Assembly: GCA_043228905.1 (NCBI GenBank)
Contig: JBHGNT010000014.1
Coordinates: forward strand, 62,001 to 126,000
Source of the DNA: Azolla caroliniana
Lineage: Eukaryota; Plantae; Polypodiophyta
Direction: 5' to 3'
DNA: 64,000 nt
Numbering within the stretch: position 1 is the first letter of the stretch; every line of letters begins with the position of its first letter. Below the pieces are notes generated by a model, which saw only the letters and a program-made list of their open reading frames with translations, made no database searches and had not been told where the DNA came from. Positions 37,001 through 51,500 of this stretch are shown one piece after another. The position numbers and the translations under genes are program-made.

Positions 37001-40000
37001 TAATTTCAAATTCCCATTTGAATCCAAGGAGCTGGTTGGCCTTTATCCATTTGCTTACACAAAACATGTATATTCAAATTTCCAAAAATGCGGCTGAAAT
37101 TTTAGCTCCAAATATGCTGAAACTGAAACATCCGTTGATTTTACGACGTCTGTACTATTAGATTCTTGAGTTTAATGTGGGTATGAGTAGGAAGCACTCG
37201 TTTTGAGGGGAAGTACCTCCCTGATTTCTGCAAAGCATGTCCATTGTCTGGCAATATTTCCTCTTTACCATCTTAGGCATGATCTAATTTGCTAGTTCCA
37301 CCATTTGCTCCATCACTTATTTTTTAAAGGTAAAGAGGGATGTTTGACGGATCAGCTATTGAGAGATGACATTCAGCAAACAGGACTGTAGTAGAGATGA
37401 GAGTAGAGACACACAGATCTTTGGTGTACCCAACTGCCTTGATTGGTACACAAGAAAAAAAAAGGTTATTATATTAGTTAACCTTACAAAGAAAGTGGTG
37501 TGTTCACATTACAAAAGGAGGTGTCCTGTCCAGGTGAACAATGTGTTCACATATACGAATAATTACCTAATTTGTGAACTACGGGCCTTTACACCTAACA
37601 ACCTCCCACTTAAAGGTCCGATGTGAACATTCAAGTAACTCCCACTAACTGTATGCAATACTCATGTCGAGCTTTGCCAAGACTTTTAGTGAGAATATCT
37701 GCAGGATTATCCTGTGTTTTGATCTTAGTCAATGTGACTAGACCATCCTCCAAAACTTGTCTAATAAAGTGATGTCGCACATCAATGTGTTTGGTGCGCG
37801 AATGAAACATGGCATTCTTAGCCAGATACACAGCACTTTGGCTATCACATCCTAACACAGGAGTACTAACAGACATGCCAAGATCTTCACCAAGCCTGCT
37901 GAGCCATATAGCTTCCTTTGAAGCTTCTGTAGCTGAAATATCTTCAGCTTCAGTAGTATTCAGTGCTACGATCTTTTGCAATTTGGAGCACCAAGACACT
38001 GCTCCACCAGCAACTGTAAATATATGCCCGCTAGTAGACTTACGTGTATCCAAGTCACCTGCCATGTCTGCATCACAATATCCCTGCAAATTTAATGCAC
38101 CCTTCCCATAGCATAAACATTTTCGCTGTGTACCTTTAAGATACCTGAAAACACACTTGGCAGCCTCCCAATGTGCTTTCCTGGGATTAGACATATAACG
38201 ACCAACAACTCCCAGTGCATAAGCAAAATCTGGACGAGTAGCTACCATAGCATACATTAGAGAACCACATGCTGATGCATAAGGAATTCCCTTCATAACA
38301 TTGATTTCCATCTCATCCTTTGGACAATCAGCCTTGCTGAGTTTAAGATATGATGGCAAAGGAACTCCAAGGGACTTTGCTTCTGCCATATTAAATCTGT
38401 TAAGCACTTTTCTTGTGACAAAAACAACAATTTGTCTTTTCTGTTTCTACTGATTCTCATGCCCAAAATATGCTCTGCATTTCCCAAATCTTTCATAGAG
38501 AAGACCAATTTCAGTTGATCTTTTAGAGCATCAAGACTAGTCTTTCTTTTCCCAGCTAGCAACATATCATCCACATATAGAACAAGTATGATAGGACTGT
38601 CATCGATATCCTTTTTCGTGTATAAATAATGATCTGCATAGCTACGATCAAAGCCTTGAGAAAGCATAAAAGTATCAAACTTCTTATACCACTGTCGTGG
38701 TGCTTGTTTTAGGCCATACAAGCTACGTTTTAGTTTGCATACCAAATGGTCCTTGTTAGAGACTACAAAACCCTCAGGTTGTTTCATGTAGATCTCTTCA
38801 TCAATATCACCATGCAAAAAAGCTGTCTTTACATCCATTTGGTACAACTCCAAATTAAGCATTGCAGTGAGAGCAAATAGCACACGAAGTGTGGTCATCT
38901 TCACAACAGGAGAGAAGACCTCTTGGAAGTCAATACCTTCCTTTTGTGCATAACCGTTGGCAACTAATCTTGCCTTGTATTTTGGTTTCCCTTCAATTTC
39001 CTTTACCTTATAAATCCACTTATTTGGAAGAGCTTTCCTTCCTTGAGGTAAGGACACAAGATCCCATGTATCATTTGCATATAAAGATTTTATTTCTTCT
39101 TGCATTGCAAGCTCCCACTTACTACTAAGTTCACATGACATTGCCTCCTTATAAGTAAGAGGTTCACCCTCATCTGACAGCATGACATAATGCAAAGAGG
39201 GGTCATATCTATATACCTGCCTCCTTGAACGATTAGACCTACGTACCCAATGATCAGTATTTTCTGGGATTGGTTCTAAATCTGGAGGAAAATCATTTTC
39301 AGCACTTTCTGGCTGTTGCAAACCATGTCCAGCATGTTGTTCGACATCTATATTTTGTTCTTCAGTACCTTCATCTCGTTGACCAATACCTTCATGAGCA
39401 TCTCTTTGCTGTCCAACTTCTTCTGGCTCAAAGATAACTGGTTGATCATCATATTCAACCTTTGGTATAGCATCATGAGGTTTATTTTCAGATTTTGTGG
39501 ATGGCTGTAATTGCTGAAATGTAACGCTCTTAGAGTTCCCAACAGAGGAACAAGCATTTTTCAGCAATTTTTCTTCATTAAAAACAACATCCCGGCTGCG
39601 TACAATTTTTCTGGACTGAGGTAACCAAATCCTATAGCCCATTTCACCTTCATCACCATAGCCCATAAAAATGCCCATGGTGGACTTAGCATCGAGCTTA
39701 TTTCTCAGCTCACTTCTAATGTGTACAAATGCATCACAACCGAAAATTCGTAAATGGTCATATGAGGCTGGTTTGCCAGACCAAACCTCCTCAGGGATTC
39801 CATTTTTTAAGGACTTGTTAGGAGAACGATTACATATATGAACCGCGGTTTTTAATGCTTCTCCCCAAAATTCATGAGGGAGATTAGCTGTGGACAGCAT
39901 GCATCGTACTCGCTCACACAAGGTCCTATTATACCTTTCTGACACCCCATTTGACGAAGGGTTATATGGAGCTGTAAGCTCTCTTTTAATACCATGTAAG

Positions 40001-43000
40001 TCACAATAAGACTTAAATTCTGCAGATGTAAACTCACCCCCATTATCTGTTCTGAGACATTTCAGTTTTGTCCCTGTTTGAGTAGTCACAAATGCATGAA
40101 AAGATTTAAATGCATCAAATGCATCACCGTTTCTTTTCATCAAGTACACCCAAATCTTCCTAGAATAATCATCGATAAAGGAAATAAAATATGCAGCACC
40201 GCCCAAGGATTTTACAGGCATGCTACATACATCAGAATGCACCAAATCTAGCACATTTGGTTTACGAGAGATACCAGAATAATAAGAATTTCTCACTTGT
40301 TTGCCAAATAGACAATCATTACAAAAAACCAGCTTTGATCCTTTAACATCAAATCTTTTTAAAGCAGAAAGGACTTCAAGTCCTTTTTGGCTCATATGTC
40401 CTAATCTCTTATGCCAAAGCTCTAAATGAGAGTTGAATTCAGCAATAGCAAGAAACTTTCCAGGTAAAGCTTTACATTGCAAACAGTACAAAGTGCCCTT
40501 TTTGCAACCTTTCACAATAACCATAGATCCTTTCTTTAGTTTCCATAATCCACCACCGAATAATGTGGTGTAACCATGCAAATCCATCTGTCCTACAGAT
40601 AGCAAACTTTTCTTAATGCCAGGTACATACCTAACATCTTTGATCACAAGCTCTTGACCATTATCCAAAGACAAGTGTATGGTTCCAATACCATCAATAT
40701 TGTAAGCACTATTGTTACCAAGATAAACTTTTCCATAACTGCCTGCATCAAATGTGGTAAAGCACTCCAAACATGGAGTAACATGAAAAGAAGCCCCGGA
40801 GTCTACTATCCATGTCTGTGTCAATCCATCATCGATTGACAATAAAGCATCAATAACATCTTTTTTGGTGATTTGCATGTCTTGAACATGAGCTATAAAG
40901 GCATCACCTGTAATACAAAGTACATCACCATCTTCACCAGATAGGTCTTCAATGATAACATTTGAAGCCATATTAGCTTTCTCTGTTGTATTAAACTTAT
41001 CATCTTTGTTTTTCTTCTCTCCTACATTCTTCTTCCTTTCTAGTTCCATCTTCCAATATCTACAATCAGGTTTCTTATGACCTTTACGGCCACAATGATA
41101 GCATGTGATATCTTGTTGTTTTCCTTTCCCTCTACTCTTACTTCTATTTCTTTGTCCTACATTTGGGTTCCTCTTATCATATCTCCCCCTAATATTGTAT
41201 GTTGAACCACTACCTTCTCCGCTAGATTGTCTTCTAATCTCTTCACCGAGAATAGAGCCCCGCACACCATCGAAGGTCAAGGTGGGGCTATTAGATAGTG
41301 AAACAACTAATGTTTCCCACAAATCCGGTAAAGTCAAAAGTAGGAAGATAGCTTTGAGCTTGTCATCAAAAGCTGGTAATCCTGAATCTTGTAGTTGGGA
41401 GAGAGTACTTGTGAATAACGATAGATGCTCTGTTGCACCTTTCGACTCATCAAGCCTCATACTGACAAGTTTTCTCATCAAATGCACCTGATTCATAGGA
41501 GTAGTATTCTCGTAAGTTTTCTTAAGTTTCTCCCAAACTTGATGGCAGTAGTCAAGCCCTTTACATCTACAAGAATTTCATCAGAAACAGCCATTTTAAT
41601 ATATGTAATGGCTTTCTTATTTAGAGTGTTCCAAGCATCATTTTCCATGCTCTCTGGTTTCTTTTCTACGAGAGCATCTTCACAATCTCTTAGAAAGAGG
41701 ATGCCCAACATACGCTCTTTCCACAATTTGAAACCTTTTCCATCAAATCTCTTGATTTCAAAGAGGTTTTTCACTTCAGCTGAAGTGGAGGCCATTGCTC
41801 GCAAGATTTATGACAGATGCCTTCAGAAATTGAGCAGAATACCAATAGGAAAGGGTCTGACAGATTTTATTTTATTATTATTTTTATTTTTTAAATCTGT
41901 GTTTTCTGCTGATTCTGAATCTAAAGAAAAACAGCAAAGCAGAGGAAAGAGATTTGGGTCTGATACCAGTTAAAGGTAAAGAGGGATGTTTGACGGATCA
42001 GCTATTGAGAGATGACATTCAGCAAACAGGACTGTAGTAGAGATGAGAGTAGAGACACGCAGATCTTTGGTGTACCCAACTGCCTTGATTGGTACACAAG
42101 AAAAAAAAAAGGTTATTATATTAGTTAACCTTACAAAGAAAGTGGTGTGTTCACATTACAAAAGGAGGTGTCCTGTCCAGGTGAACAATGTGTTCACATA
42201 TACGAATAATTACCTAATTTGAGAACTACGGGCCTTTACACCTAACATTTTTAATGTGTGATATGAATGGTGGGCACTCTTTTGACAGGAACTCCCTTGA
42301 TTTGTGCAGAGCATATTTATTGTTTCTCAACTTTCCTAGACTACCATTCTTAGCCATCTATCATATGACTTGCTTGTTCCAGAGGATAGTTTCTACAAGT
42401 GTTATATTCATTTGCTTCATCTCTTGATTATAATCTGACATTCGAAATAACTTCCTGCTTGATTTGTGCAAACCATCTTCATTTTCTGGCTACTTTTCTT
42501 CTCCACCATACTTGGCCATTAGAATTTCTCTAAACTATTATTGTTACTTTATGCTTCACGAAACACCATGCTCCATATCATCTTTCTCTAGATATTGATA
42601 TAGAGTGGGATGCTCCTCCTAGAGTTTTTGTTTTGATCTAACTGCCATGCCGGCTGCAAGCTTCTGCATGTCATTCACTTGCATCTTCTTTAATATGGGA
42701 AACCCAGATAGCTGAACCATCCATGTTACACCATTGTATCTTTGATAAATCCATTGGGCACTGTAGATCACACATTCTGTCCCATTGCATAATGTACAGG
42801 TGAGCCCAAGTTTGTCAAATCATCTGCCAACACCTGGATTGGTTGTGCTGAGGAGATTTAGTTTTCCTTCTGGTGGTTTGTGAATTGTAAAGTTCAAGTT
42901 AAGTTTTTAGCAGGGTAAATTTACTTGAGCACTCTTGTTCACTCCTTGGCCGAGGCTTTTAAGCTCTGTTTTGGATCATAGAGGCTTCAGTGTAAAAGTT

Positions 43001-44546
43001 TAACTTGCAGGTACTAATTAAAAGTTAATATCATGTTCCATCACCATTGTCATATGTTAAGCCCAGTTTACCATGGAGTAATGGTTTACAATACAGGAGT
43101 CATCAGAGATTAGAGCCACTCATTTTCTAGCTGAGGCTTCTGAAAGCGGTGTAATTTTAGATCTTAATTGTCGATTGTACGTTCAGAGTTAAAATTATAA
43201 CGTTATGAGCAGTGGGTGCTAATTAAAGTTTAATATCATGTTCCACCACTGTTCTTGTTTGTTAAGCCTGGTTTCACATGGAGTCACAACTTACAGTACA
43301 GAGGTCTTCAGAGATCAGAGCCATCAGGCCAAGATGAGCTAGACACAGACTGCCTTGAACTTTCGTAGAAATAGATTCACACAAGGCACCTATTATGTTG
43401 ACTTAATTTAACCATGTTTATCGTCATCACACATGATACATGCGCCTCAACAACATTCATAAATCTAAAGTTAATCCTTGATATTTACAGTCACACAAGG
43501 GGTCACATATGCTACCATGTGACCGATATCAATGAAAATCATTCAGCTATCTTTACTGGAGACACTTTGGTGAGATGGACTCTATGTTCATGTTTTGTGT
43601 TTAACTAGTCAGTGCAAACATTAAAAAATTATCTGAATAAACAGTTTATTGGAGGCTGTGGAAGGTTCTTTGAAGGTACACCTGAACAAATGCACTACTC
43701 TCTTTGCCAGAAGCTAGCTGCATTGCCTCCGAGCACCCAAGTATTTTGTGGACATGAGGTAGATTTGTTAAACATAATCACACATTAAAGTTTACATTAT
43801 CTTCTTGGATGTCTCATTACCCATTATGTGCAAGCAACATGTAGGTCTGCACAAAGTGGAGTGCCATGTAGTGTAATTTAGTGAAAAATAGAGGATCTTT
43901 ATTCTCCATTTACGTTTTGTTGAATATCTACATAATGATACTAAACTGTAGATTTTTGTGACTTTTTTATTGTTTTTCCTAGTAAATATCTAGTTTTTGT
44001 GATTTTTTCAAAGCACCCATTCTCCTTGTAAAGTTGTTCTTGAAGATGCTTGGTCAAGCATTAAATGCTCCCTGAAAGTTGTTTTTTAACAAAAGAAGCA
44101 TATTTGTTGCTTCTCTCTTTTTTCCTCAATGATTTCTTATACATAAATGTCTCTCTTTCTTTCTCTTCTTGATGCTTTGCTTCACCTTGTCTGTATTTGG
44201 TTTGTTTCTGCAGTATACTGTAAAAAATTTGAGCTTTGCGTCAGTAGTTGAACCAGATAATGTTGCCCTTCAAAGAAAACTGGCTTGGTCGAAAGACCAG
44301 GAAGCAGTGAGTAAACCTACTGTACCATCGACTATTGGTGAAGAATTGGAGACAAATCCATTCATGCGTGTTAATGTGAAATCAATACAGGTATAATGAT
44401 CGAGTATTATGGAATTGTGTAGTGTATGGAATGGAATTAAAAATATAATACCATTAGCTTTTGTTGATTAGGATGCCACTGGGTTTAGGAATCCAACTGA
44501 GGTGATGGGGGCCTTGAGGCGCTGGAAAGATGGATGGAAGGGTTAA
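28040..44546 (+). CDS. GLX2-2: Cytosolic glyoxalase II (hydroxyacylglutathione hydrolase), 258 aa, 7 exons
   Basis: Exons 28040-28086, 28758-28880, 30447-30608, 43491-43569, 43645-43758, 44214-44390 and 44472-44546 (777 nt). Motifs [73 protein letters not shown] and LRRWKD. Confidence 0.95.
28213..28794 (+). repeat. Four tandem 132-158 bp units spanning the GLX2 intron-1 3' end and the first 37 nt of exon 2
   Basis: TATAG|CCT(G/A)GTGGATGATTCATCAAAGGATGCAGCAGTGGTG recurs at 28310, 28442, 28600 and 28758; unit lengths differ by (TATG)n slippage. Confidence 0.95.
29200..29480 (-). pseudogene. Ancient LINE 3' fragment in GLX2 intron 2
   Basis: [20 protein letters not shown]...EYF...CRY resembles HQLEIENGRTSGVPREERIC..EYHF..C..Y of the LINE at 6958-9585. 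Confidence 0.5.
31209..36664 (+). mobile_element. Young full-length copia element (copia-2) in GLX2 intron 3
   Basis: LTRs 31209-31841 and 36032-36664 (633 bp, no differences seen), PBS TGGTATCAGAGC at 31842, PPT GAGGGGGCG; flanked by AGAC on both sides. Confidence 0.97.
31943..36037 (+). CDS. Copia gag-pol polyprotein, intact, 1364 aa
   Basis: [47 protein letters not shown] and ADIFTK; the stop codon lies just inside the 3' LTR. Confidence 0.96.
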   Translation: MALSTNVAAAPLRIRPPPLSDGKLDGTNYTLWKFKMSAILDSYELLETIMGPTGGDPEPMATFDPAHPTTSIPPNADLLRAWKRRNADALCTIVTGVCDSVLTLVQHTTRAHEAWSILASQYETRNYTRIQNLENQLAAEKLADGEKVESFVKRIKDLQDQLTAVGVVVSQEDMARRCIRVLPFKYDGIVTALNTQVRPTPLKFDELSAMLLEEELRLKTREEREDSAFVSRTKGEGASNSNNANRIPKKKKFNGLCFYCDKKGHTIKDCRKKMADEKNGSNKTSWREPESANNVVDELELWVATEEVCSSVDTQVVDESWILDSGASRHMTSNRDWYSSWTPLQEPINVVVGNNARCPAKGTGTVSLKATTGGTKHLSQVLYVPDLKKNLLSISALTDKGLDVRFKKSGAEITDSAGKVVGIGVRRNNLYELSAFTISTDHSTSTNTKQWHERFGHLNVAVLKEMKKSNMVVGLPTLSDLSHVCDACMMGKHQRSAIPKESQNRAKTPLQLIHIDLSGKMVTPAMGGSLYYMLIVDDFSRKMWVYFLREKAEAFKIFKRWHKFVERESGKLVKELRSDRGGEFLSIEFCEYCKEHGIKRQLTTAYTPQQNGVVERRNRTVVEMARCMLKAQALPDPFWAEAVNTAVYILNRSYTKALQGKTPQEAYSGKKPSVLHFRTFGCMCYAHIPDVSRKKLDAKSKKCIFLGYSEESKAYRLYDPEARKILTSRDVVFDEEQPQLAENNDSQVISSTEEVFYPIPTHYPKKEAEPSDGNGSLVQPMPVPHVKKIPKWAQQLFNDHTPKVEFPETSTDGLRRSRRIQEQGRTSDHIVNMALMVDIIGSVSEPTSVEEAMADPKWKEAMISEYDSIMKNDTWELVERPTKKKVIGTKWVWKVKYKADGSLEKFKARLVAQGYSQIEGFDVQETFAPTACMTTIRMVIALAASRGWPIYQMDVKSAFLNGHLKEEVYVTQPPGFEIPNSENKVCKLKKALYGLKQAPRAWNKRIDSFLRSIDFKQCASDASMYVKMKDGKQVIIIIYVDDLVLIGDHEECIGQTQECLKTEFEMTDLGILHYFLGIEVWQTSVGIFMSQRKYATEILKTFGMMDSKSKSTPMESNCKLSQEDSSPMVDIRKYRQLVGSLIFLCNTRPDICFAVNVVSRFSNKPKETHWKAALRVLKYIVGTLNYGIFYKPTIDQLSGYCDSDWAGDSDSRKSVSGYCFSIGSGAVSWSSKKQPTVALSSTEAEYKAACIAACEVVWLRRILMDVAVPIRTATVLRCDNQSCMAIAKNPVFHARTKHIEIQYHYVRELINDEIVELEYCPTSENAADIFTKALGVEQLQQHLRRLGVGPIPSELNGLIIEGAC
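37325..42247 (-). mobile_element. Copia element (copia-3) in GLX2 intron 3, antisense, frameshifted
   Basis: LTRs 41971-42247 and 37325-37600 (about 2 substitutions and 1 indel), PBS ending at 41968, PPT 37601-37610, TSD TTTTT. Gag-pol is split into ORFs 41493-41804, 38293-41496 and 37631-38407. Confidence 0.95.
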
Positions 44547-46099
44547 TGTGGAGAGTATGGTGGTTCTGCTATAGAGATTGTGTAATTAATGCTGTCTTAT
44601 TTGTATGCCTTGCATGAGGGTACTGTCCAAATTAACATAAACTACATGTACCTGCAGTAGTGAAAGTTTCTGGAATCAAATTCAGTTAAATACGTGAAAA
44701 ATGAAGTTCCAATGGAATTACTAGCATCATATATATTTGCAGGAGTTAAGTGTCCAAACTGCCATATAAAATTGTAATTACCATTTATTTCGTTTAGATT
44801 TCACAAGGTTCTTTACCCTATGGTCTATGGAAATAATTTCCAAACATATCAAAGGTTCTTTATACAAAGTGAAAATTTGAGCAGGTGGATGGAAGAGTAG
44901 TGATGATTCTATATACAAACACAACTTACTATATATAAGATGTCGACTGATGTTAATCAAGCCCATATGTACATGACTAATGGACTGTTTGAGTGGAAAC
45001 CTTATTAACAAATTTGGATAGAAAGGTAGTTGCCCAAAATTTTGCTCATTACTAACAATTTAAGGTGTTCGTAGAGCATTAACTTCGACACATGCTGAAA
45101 GGGTATGCTTCCAATGTTAAATCAAGGAGCCAAAAGCATTAGAAAGTCCAAGGGCATTATCAAATACATAACGAACAAATGGACTGTCCGAGGAGGTTGC
45201 CTGAGTTGTCACTTATTATTAACTATTCAAGGTGTCCGTAGGGCATTGAATTGGACACATGCTGAATGGAATTGTCTCATTATGAAGTCAATGAGCCAAA
45301 AACAATTCTCGAATTAGTGATCAGGGATTTGTAACAATAGGTAACAAGTGCCTTAAACAAGTGATGAAACAAATATTCTTGATTTGGGGAAATAATGACT
45401 TAGAGGAAATGGACAAATTTGTTTTCCACAGGAATGTCTACCACCCTCATGATGATTGCATTTGATCTTACATGTTAGTTTTCACTCTGATAGTCCATAG
45501 AGGCAAGCTGGGAGCAACAAATGTCCATTGATCTTCTAATCTTCTTCCAATAATGGAGGTGTAAAGGATATGGTTTGATGTAAGTCATTATATTTGTTAC
45601 ACAGGCCCCTATGGTGCACACCAAGGTTGTCTTTTTTCTTGAATTGTAAAAAGAAAGTGTTATTCAATTAGGAGTGACGTTATGGTATTGTCATACAAAT
45701 TGTGAGACAATTAAAAGTCCTATATTAGGGGCTTTGGTTCAGTTGGTTAGTAGTAAATAACATAGTGATATTTATTTGGCCTCTTAGAGCTACCATGTTT
45801 ACCCTCCTAAACCCACTATTGACTTCACACCACTTTTTGGAAATAGCTAATAAAGTTGGGCCAAAAAAACATCCCGAAAAAGACAAGTCTAGAGTTCACA
45901 AAATTTTATGCCTCAAGTTCATTGCATGAAGTATCTAAAAGCATTTGCATTCATGATTCTTTTTAATCGCAAAATTAACAAAGTGCATGCACTTTTCAAG
46001 CCATATGTGGATATGTATGTTCAACATAGATTTACTCTCATTATATATATACGTATATTCAACATGATCCTATTCTCATTATGCATGATATCACAAGGG

Positions 46100-48480
46100 T
46101 TTATGCTTGAATAAGTGTTCTAAAGGATTCCCCAAGAGGTCAATGATTTGTCAATTTCCTTCAACTCGAGCATTATACCTTACCTTTAGCAAGCATTGAA
46201 CGTGACTTTGTTGTTCCAATGCTTACCTTCGGCCATTTGAGCTACTCCCCAATTTTGTTTTAATGTTCTTCTTTTCGCCTTTCTCTCTTCCTTTGACCAA
46301 AATTCTGACTTGTAGTAAAGCATGACCTTTTGGTTCTTTTCTCCCTTTGCACACACCATATTGCAACAACGTACAAACTTCTTACGTTCTTTAGGTGAGC
46401 ATGTATCTTTAGTAAAATAGACATATTTTACTATAGCAAGGCTAAGTGATGTGTGTCTTGTTTGATCCAAGATGATTCTTGGTGTCCTTGATGCTATGAG
46501 GAGATCAACCATCAATCATGTTGTTCTAGTATAGCTACTTTATTCTCTAGTGTTTCCTCTCAATTATCCTTTGTGCCCTAGTTTGTGTTGTTTGGGTTAA
46601 CCTGAGCATTAGGCAATTGAGTGACCTCTTGTTGGTTGACAAACCTATTAATTATCTCTATTGACAATCTTACATTTCTAGTTCAACAATTAGGGAGGCA
46701 AAAGCTTTTGCATGGTGAGCTCTTTTGGCTGTTAAATCCTCTTGAAGTTGTCTCATTGTGTTTGTGTTAGATCCTGCCCCATGTTTCTATTTAACTACCT
46801 CTTCATTCATCCAACCTACAATAATTATCCTTTAAAATGATATCCTCGTCGATGAGTTAGTTCACTTTCTCTTGAGCTTCTCATGTCCTTCCTTCAATTG
46901 TTATAATTTGAGCCTTCATTAAGTCTACAATCACTTCATGCTTGGTGTCCAACTCGGGTACATTTAGCTCTCTCTATCTACATAGGTGGTCATTACTATT
47001 AGACTATGTTTTCATTTATGTAAAAGTCCCCACTGGCTATGAAGTATAACTTTATCAATGCAATGGAGATTTTCAACAAAGAAGAGTTCTTGTTCATTCT
47101 TTCTAAACTCAATTATCTATCAACTAAAGTCATGTCATTAGAGCAAGAAAACCGAAAACTTGTATGGGATTTTACAACTACCAAGTCTCTAGAAAGAAAA
47201 ACAACATGAAGAACAAGTAAAATGGGTTTTCTGGCTTAAAGTAACTATGCTACCTTTGCGTCAACAAGATTCAAGTTTCCAAAACCTCCACACGGAACCA
47301 AATGTCAGCCTACAAGGATATTCAGATAGTACCAATTATCTTGCATCTCAAATTTGAGGATTTCTAAGCCCAGTGCGTCTTCTCATTCAAATGCATGCTA
47401 ATAGATATCCTATAAATACAACTTAATTCCCTATAAATCCCAAGTGCATTAACTTCATGTCCAAGTAGAATAATCTTACTACGTACAATTTTGCACTTAT
47501 TAGGATTCAATTTCCCCCCATCTTCATCTCTCTTAGCAAATCTCTAATCAAGCTTTTCTACATGGCTCTTCCTATGACTGTATATTCCTATATCACCCAT
47601 TAACGATCTTGCAAATTTTCCAAAGGGGCTTAACAATCTATCCATACATCCTTGAAAGGTTGCATAAGCATTAACTAAACCAAAAGGCATCCTACGACAA
47701 CAAAAATTGTCAAGATGGTGTGATGAAGCTAGTTAACTTTGGATCCTCAAGGACAATTTCTATTTGAAAAGATCCACAAAGAACATCACATATTGAATAT
47801 TTTTCATATCCAACCACTTTGTCTAATATCTCATCTTGGATGGGGATTAGGTGATGATGTCATTTGGCTACTAGTAGGGGATAACATCACCATGAGGGAT
47901 AACATCCTCCTTAGGGACATTGGGTTGATTCTTGGTAGCTTCTAACCAAATACCACATATTTCAATCCTTGTGTGTAATATCATAGACCCCTCATCAATC
48001 TCTTGATCCTCCTCCCTTGAAGAAAAAGATTCCTCATCTGACAACTATTGGATGTCATCTTGTTGTTGTTCTTCTAAGCTATCCCCTAGAAGATAAAGTA
48101 ATTGTCATGTTTCCATATCACATTTCACTCTTTGACCATGAGGTCAATCAACGAGTAATTCTAATTCCTCATTATGCCAATCTTATCTTAGTCTCACACC
48201 CATTAACCATACTCTTCCAAGTATTAATGGATATGCCCTTGTCTTGTGGGCATGACGTGCTACTCCACCAAGACTTGTTGTCCTAATAGATACGATTCTA
48301 CTTGTCCTCCTACTCCCAAACATTGCACTATCACATTATTTGTTGTATTCATGGTATAAGTATGCTTTCTATTAATATTTATTTACAAATTTACAATCTT
48401 CTTGTTGTATCCTCTGTTATGACACATACTTGTGCACTACCGTCTACATACATCAGAATCACTATTTGCCCTTGACACCA
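46100..48480 (-). pseudogene. Heavily degraded Ty3/gypsy pol relic
   Basis: Minus strand at about 47560-47710 reads RMPFGLVNAYATFQGCMDR (gypsy RT); integrase C-terminus-like residues at 46186-46515; many stops. Confidence 0.55.
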
Positions 48481-48521
48481 AACCTCGAAGACTAGCAACA
48501 AATCTTTCTCATGATTATAAC

Positions 48522-51500
48522 TATGATAAACAAGAAATAGAAAGAGAGGGAGAAAGAGAGAGAGAGAAAGAGAAGAAATTTTTATTTAAATGACTGTGTT
48601 TGTCTCTCTCTCTCTACAACCAACCGACCAGAGAGAGAGAAAAGGTGGTGGTTATAGGTGCACCCTATTTTTGGGGTGCACCTTTTCATATCATTAGTTT
48701 TTTCGTTTTTATTATTTATTTTTATTCTAACCTAATTAGTTTATTACAACAACCCCCCATAAACTAATTAGTTGTGAATCGTTGTAATACTAAATTTTCA
48801 CAACAAGCTTCAAATTTGTTCGGAGGGAGAGCTTTTGTTAGAAAATCAGCCCACATATGTTTTGTTGATGCAAACTCTAAGGTAAGCTTGTTTTCTTCGG
48901 CCAACTCTCGTATAAAGTGATATTTTAAATCCACATGTTTTGTTTTCTCTGAGTGCTTTGGATTCTTCGTTAAGTAGATACATGATATATTGTCGTAGAA
49001 GATTTTCAATTGAAGTAGTTCACATAGTTGAAGTTCTTTTAACACTGTTTGCAACCATAATCCTTCTTTAGCAGCCAACGCCACTGCTACAAATTTGGCT
49101 TCAACAGATGAGAGTGTCACAGATTCTTGTTTTTTTTATTGCCATGTCACTGCTGCTCATGCCATTATAAAAGAAAAACACAACAGTAGATCTTCGAGAA
49201 TCAACGTCCCCCCCCAATCCGAATCAGACCATTGATGAATTAATTTTGATGAATTATCAAAGTGCCCATACTACGATTGTGTGTAACTTGCATGCCTAGG
49301 AAATAAGATAGGGGGCCTAGATCTATTATTAAAAATGCTTTGGAAAGCTCTAGCTTTGCTTGAATAATTTCAGATGGTGTTCCGACTATAGGAATGTCAT
49401 CAACATATAGTGGTACCATTAACAACCGATTAGATGTATGATTATGTCTAATGTATATATTTGGTTCTGATAACAATCTAGAATAGCCATGTGAGTGCAT
49501 AAAATTGTTAAATTTTTGAAACCATAACCTAAGAGATTGTTTGAGTCCATAAAGTGATCGATGTAACCGACACACATAGTTTGGTTGAGAGTGTGACTCA
49601 AACCTAGGAGGTTGTGACATGTAGATTTCTTCGGGTAAATCACCATGTAGAAATGCCGTTTGTACATCCAAATGATGTACCTCGAGATCAAGAATGGTGG
49701 CCAAAGCCATTAGGAGCCGAAAATATGCTATACGAAGAACGGGTGACAATGTCTTAGAATAGTCAAGTCCTTCAACTTGAGAAAAACCACGAGCTACAAG
49801 TCGAGCTTTGTAACATGTGACAGTACCATCAGGGTTTAGTTTTTTCTTCAACACCCATTTGCATGAAATAGGTGAGCGTCCCATTGGGAGTGGTACTAGA
49901 ATCCATTTTTTGTTGGCCTCAAGAGATTCAAGTTCTTTTGCCATGGCAGCTTGCCATTCGACACGATCAAGACTTTGCAATGCCTCATTGATAGTTAATG
50001 GATCATCGGGTTCAAATTGATGGTCCGCAACAAGGGCATCTATTTTTTTTGTGTGATCATAAAGATCTTGAACAGTACGAACTTTCTTTGGAGTGGATGT
50101 AGGGCTAAGTGAAGTAGGTGATTTTGCAATGTCAGAACTATTTTTATCTTCTACATGTTGATTATTAGTGGGATATGAAGTACTTCTACATCCTATTTTA
50201 ATTAATTTTGCATCATTGTGACCAATGGTTTTCCCTTTACCATTAAGGCGTGAGGATCGTCCTAGTGGGATAAGGAGATTTTTAATAGGATGGGAACCTG
50301 AATAATCAATGTGAGTTAATTGTGTTCCATCTAACAGTTTTTCCTTATAAGTGTTAAGGTGTTTATTAAGGCTCTTTTTAGTTTGGATAGAGTTAGTGTT
50401 TAAAATTGGAGTATGTACATCAGTTTGTTGTGATTGTTTGGTTATTAGAGGCAATAAGTTGGAGTCATTGGTTGAAACTGGGACTTGTGGGCGAACCTCT
50501 AGAGATGAGGGCATTAGTGGAGGAGGGTTAATTGACATAAGGTCAATTTTGACTTATTGAATTTCCGAGGACATTTGTGGAGCCCGCCAAGAATTAGTAG
50601 GTGATGATTTTACTTCTCTGTTAGATTCAATGTTAGACATGGTAGTACCGTCTTGTATCTTTTCATGGCCATGATGTGGGTGAGGATTAGATATCAGTTT
50701 ATCTTCATCAAATATCACTCGTCGACTAAATATGAATCTTTTGGATTTTGGGTCATATAATCGATAACCTTTATAGCCATGAGGTTCGCCATGCCTAACA
50801 AATATTGTGCGAACTGCGTGATTATCTAATTTTGATTGAGTTTCTAAGGGTACAAGTGCATATGATGGACATCCAAAGATTCTTAGATTTTCATAATTTG
50901 GATTTTTTCCAAACCACAAGGAAAATGGAGTTGTCCTAATTGATCGACTAATATGTTATTGAATACATAACAAGTGGTTGAAGCGGCCTCTTCCCAATAT
51001 GTTTGGGGAAGGTATGCAACGAGTGGCATCCATATACAACCGGTTTTGCCGTTCAGCCCTTGAATTGTGTTGGGGTGTATATGGGATGGTAAACCGTTGT
51101 TGAATCCCATGGTTTTGGCAATAAGTTTGGAAGTTTTGGGACTTGAATTCTCCACCATATCTAATTGGAGTACTTTAAGGGGTAAATCTTGTTGATTTGT
51201 TACAAGTTTGTGGTAGGCTTTAAATTTCTCAAGGACTTGATCCCTACATTTTGTCTTGAGAAACGTGACCATCGTGAAACGAGTAAAGTCATCGATAAAT
51301 GTTAGGAAATATACATTTCCATATAGGGATTATTAGGAAATGTTAGGAAATGTTAGGAAATAAATGTTAGGGACCACATATATCTGTATGTACTAGTTGG
51401 AGGGGTTTGGTGGTTGTTGTAGGATGGGATGGAAATGGCGAGTTAGAGAGTTTTCCAAATATACACCCTTCGCAAAGGGATAATTTCGATTTACTAGGAA

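Noticed and set aside
43010-43325. Diverged local duplications (also about 31126/36860 and 45030/45200)
   Set aside because: Old intronic or intergenic duplications with no structural or coding signal.
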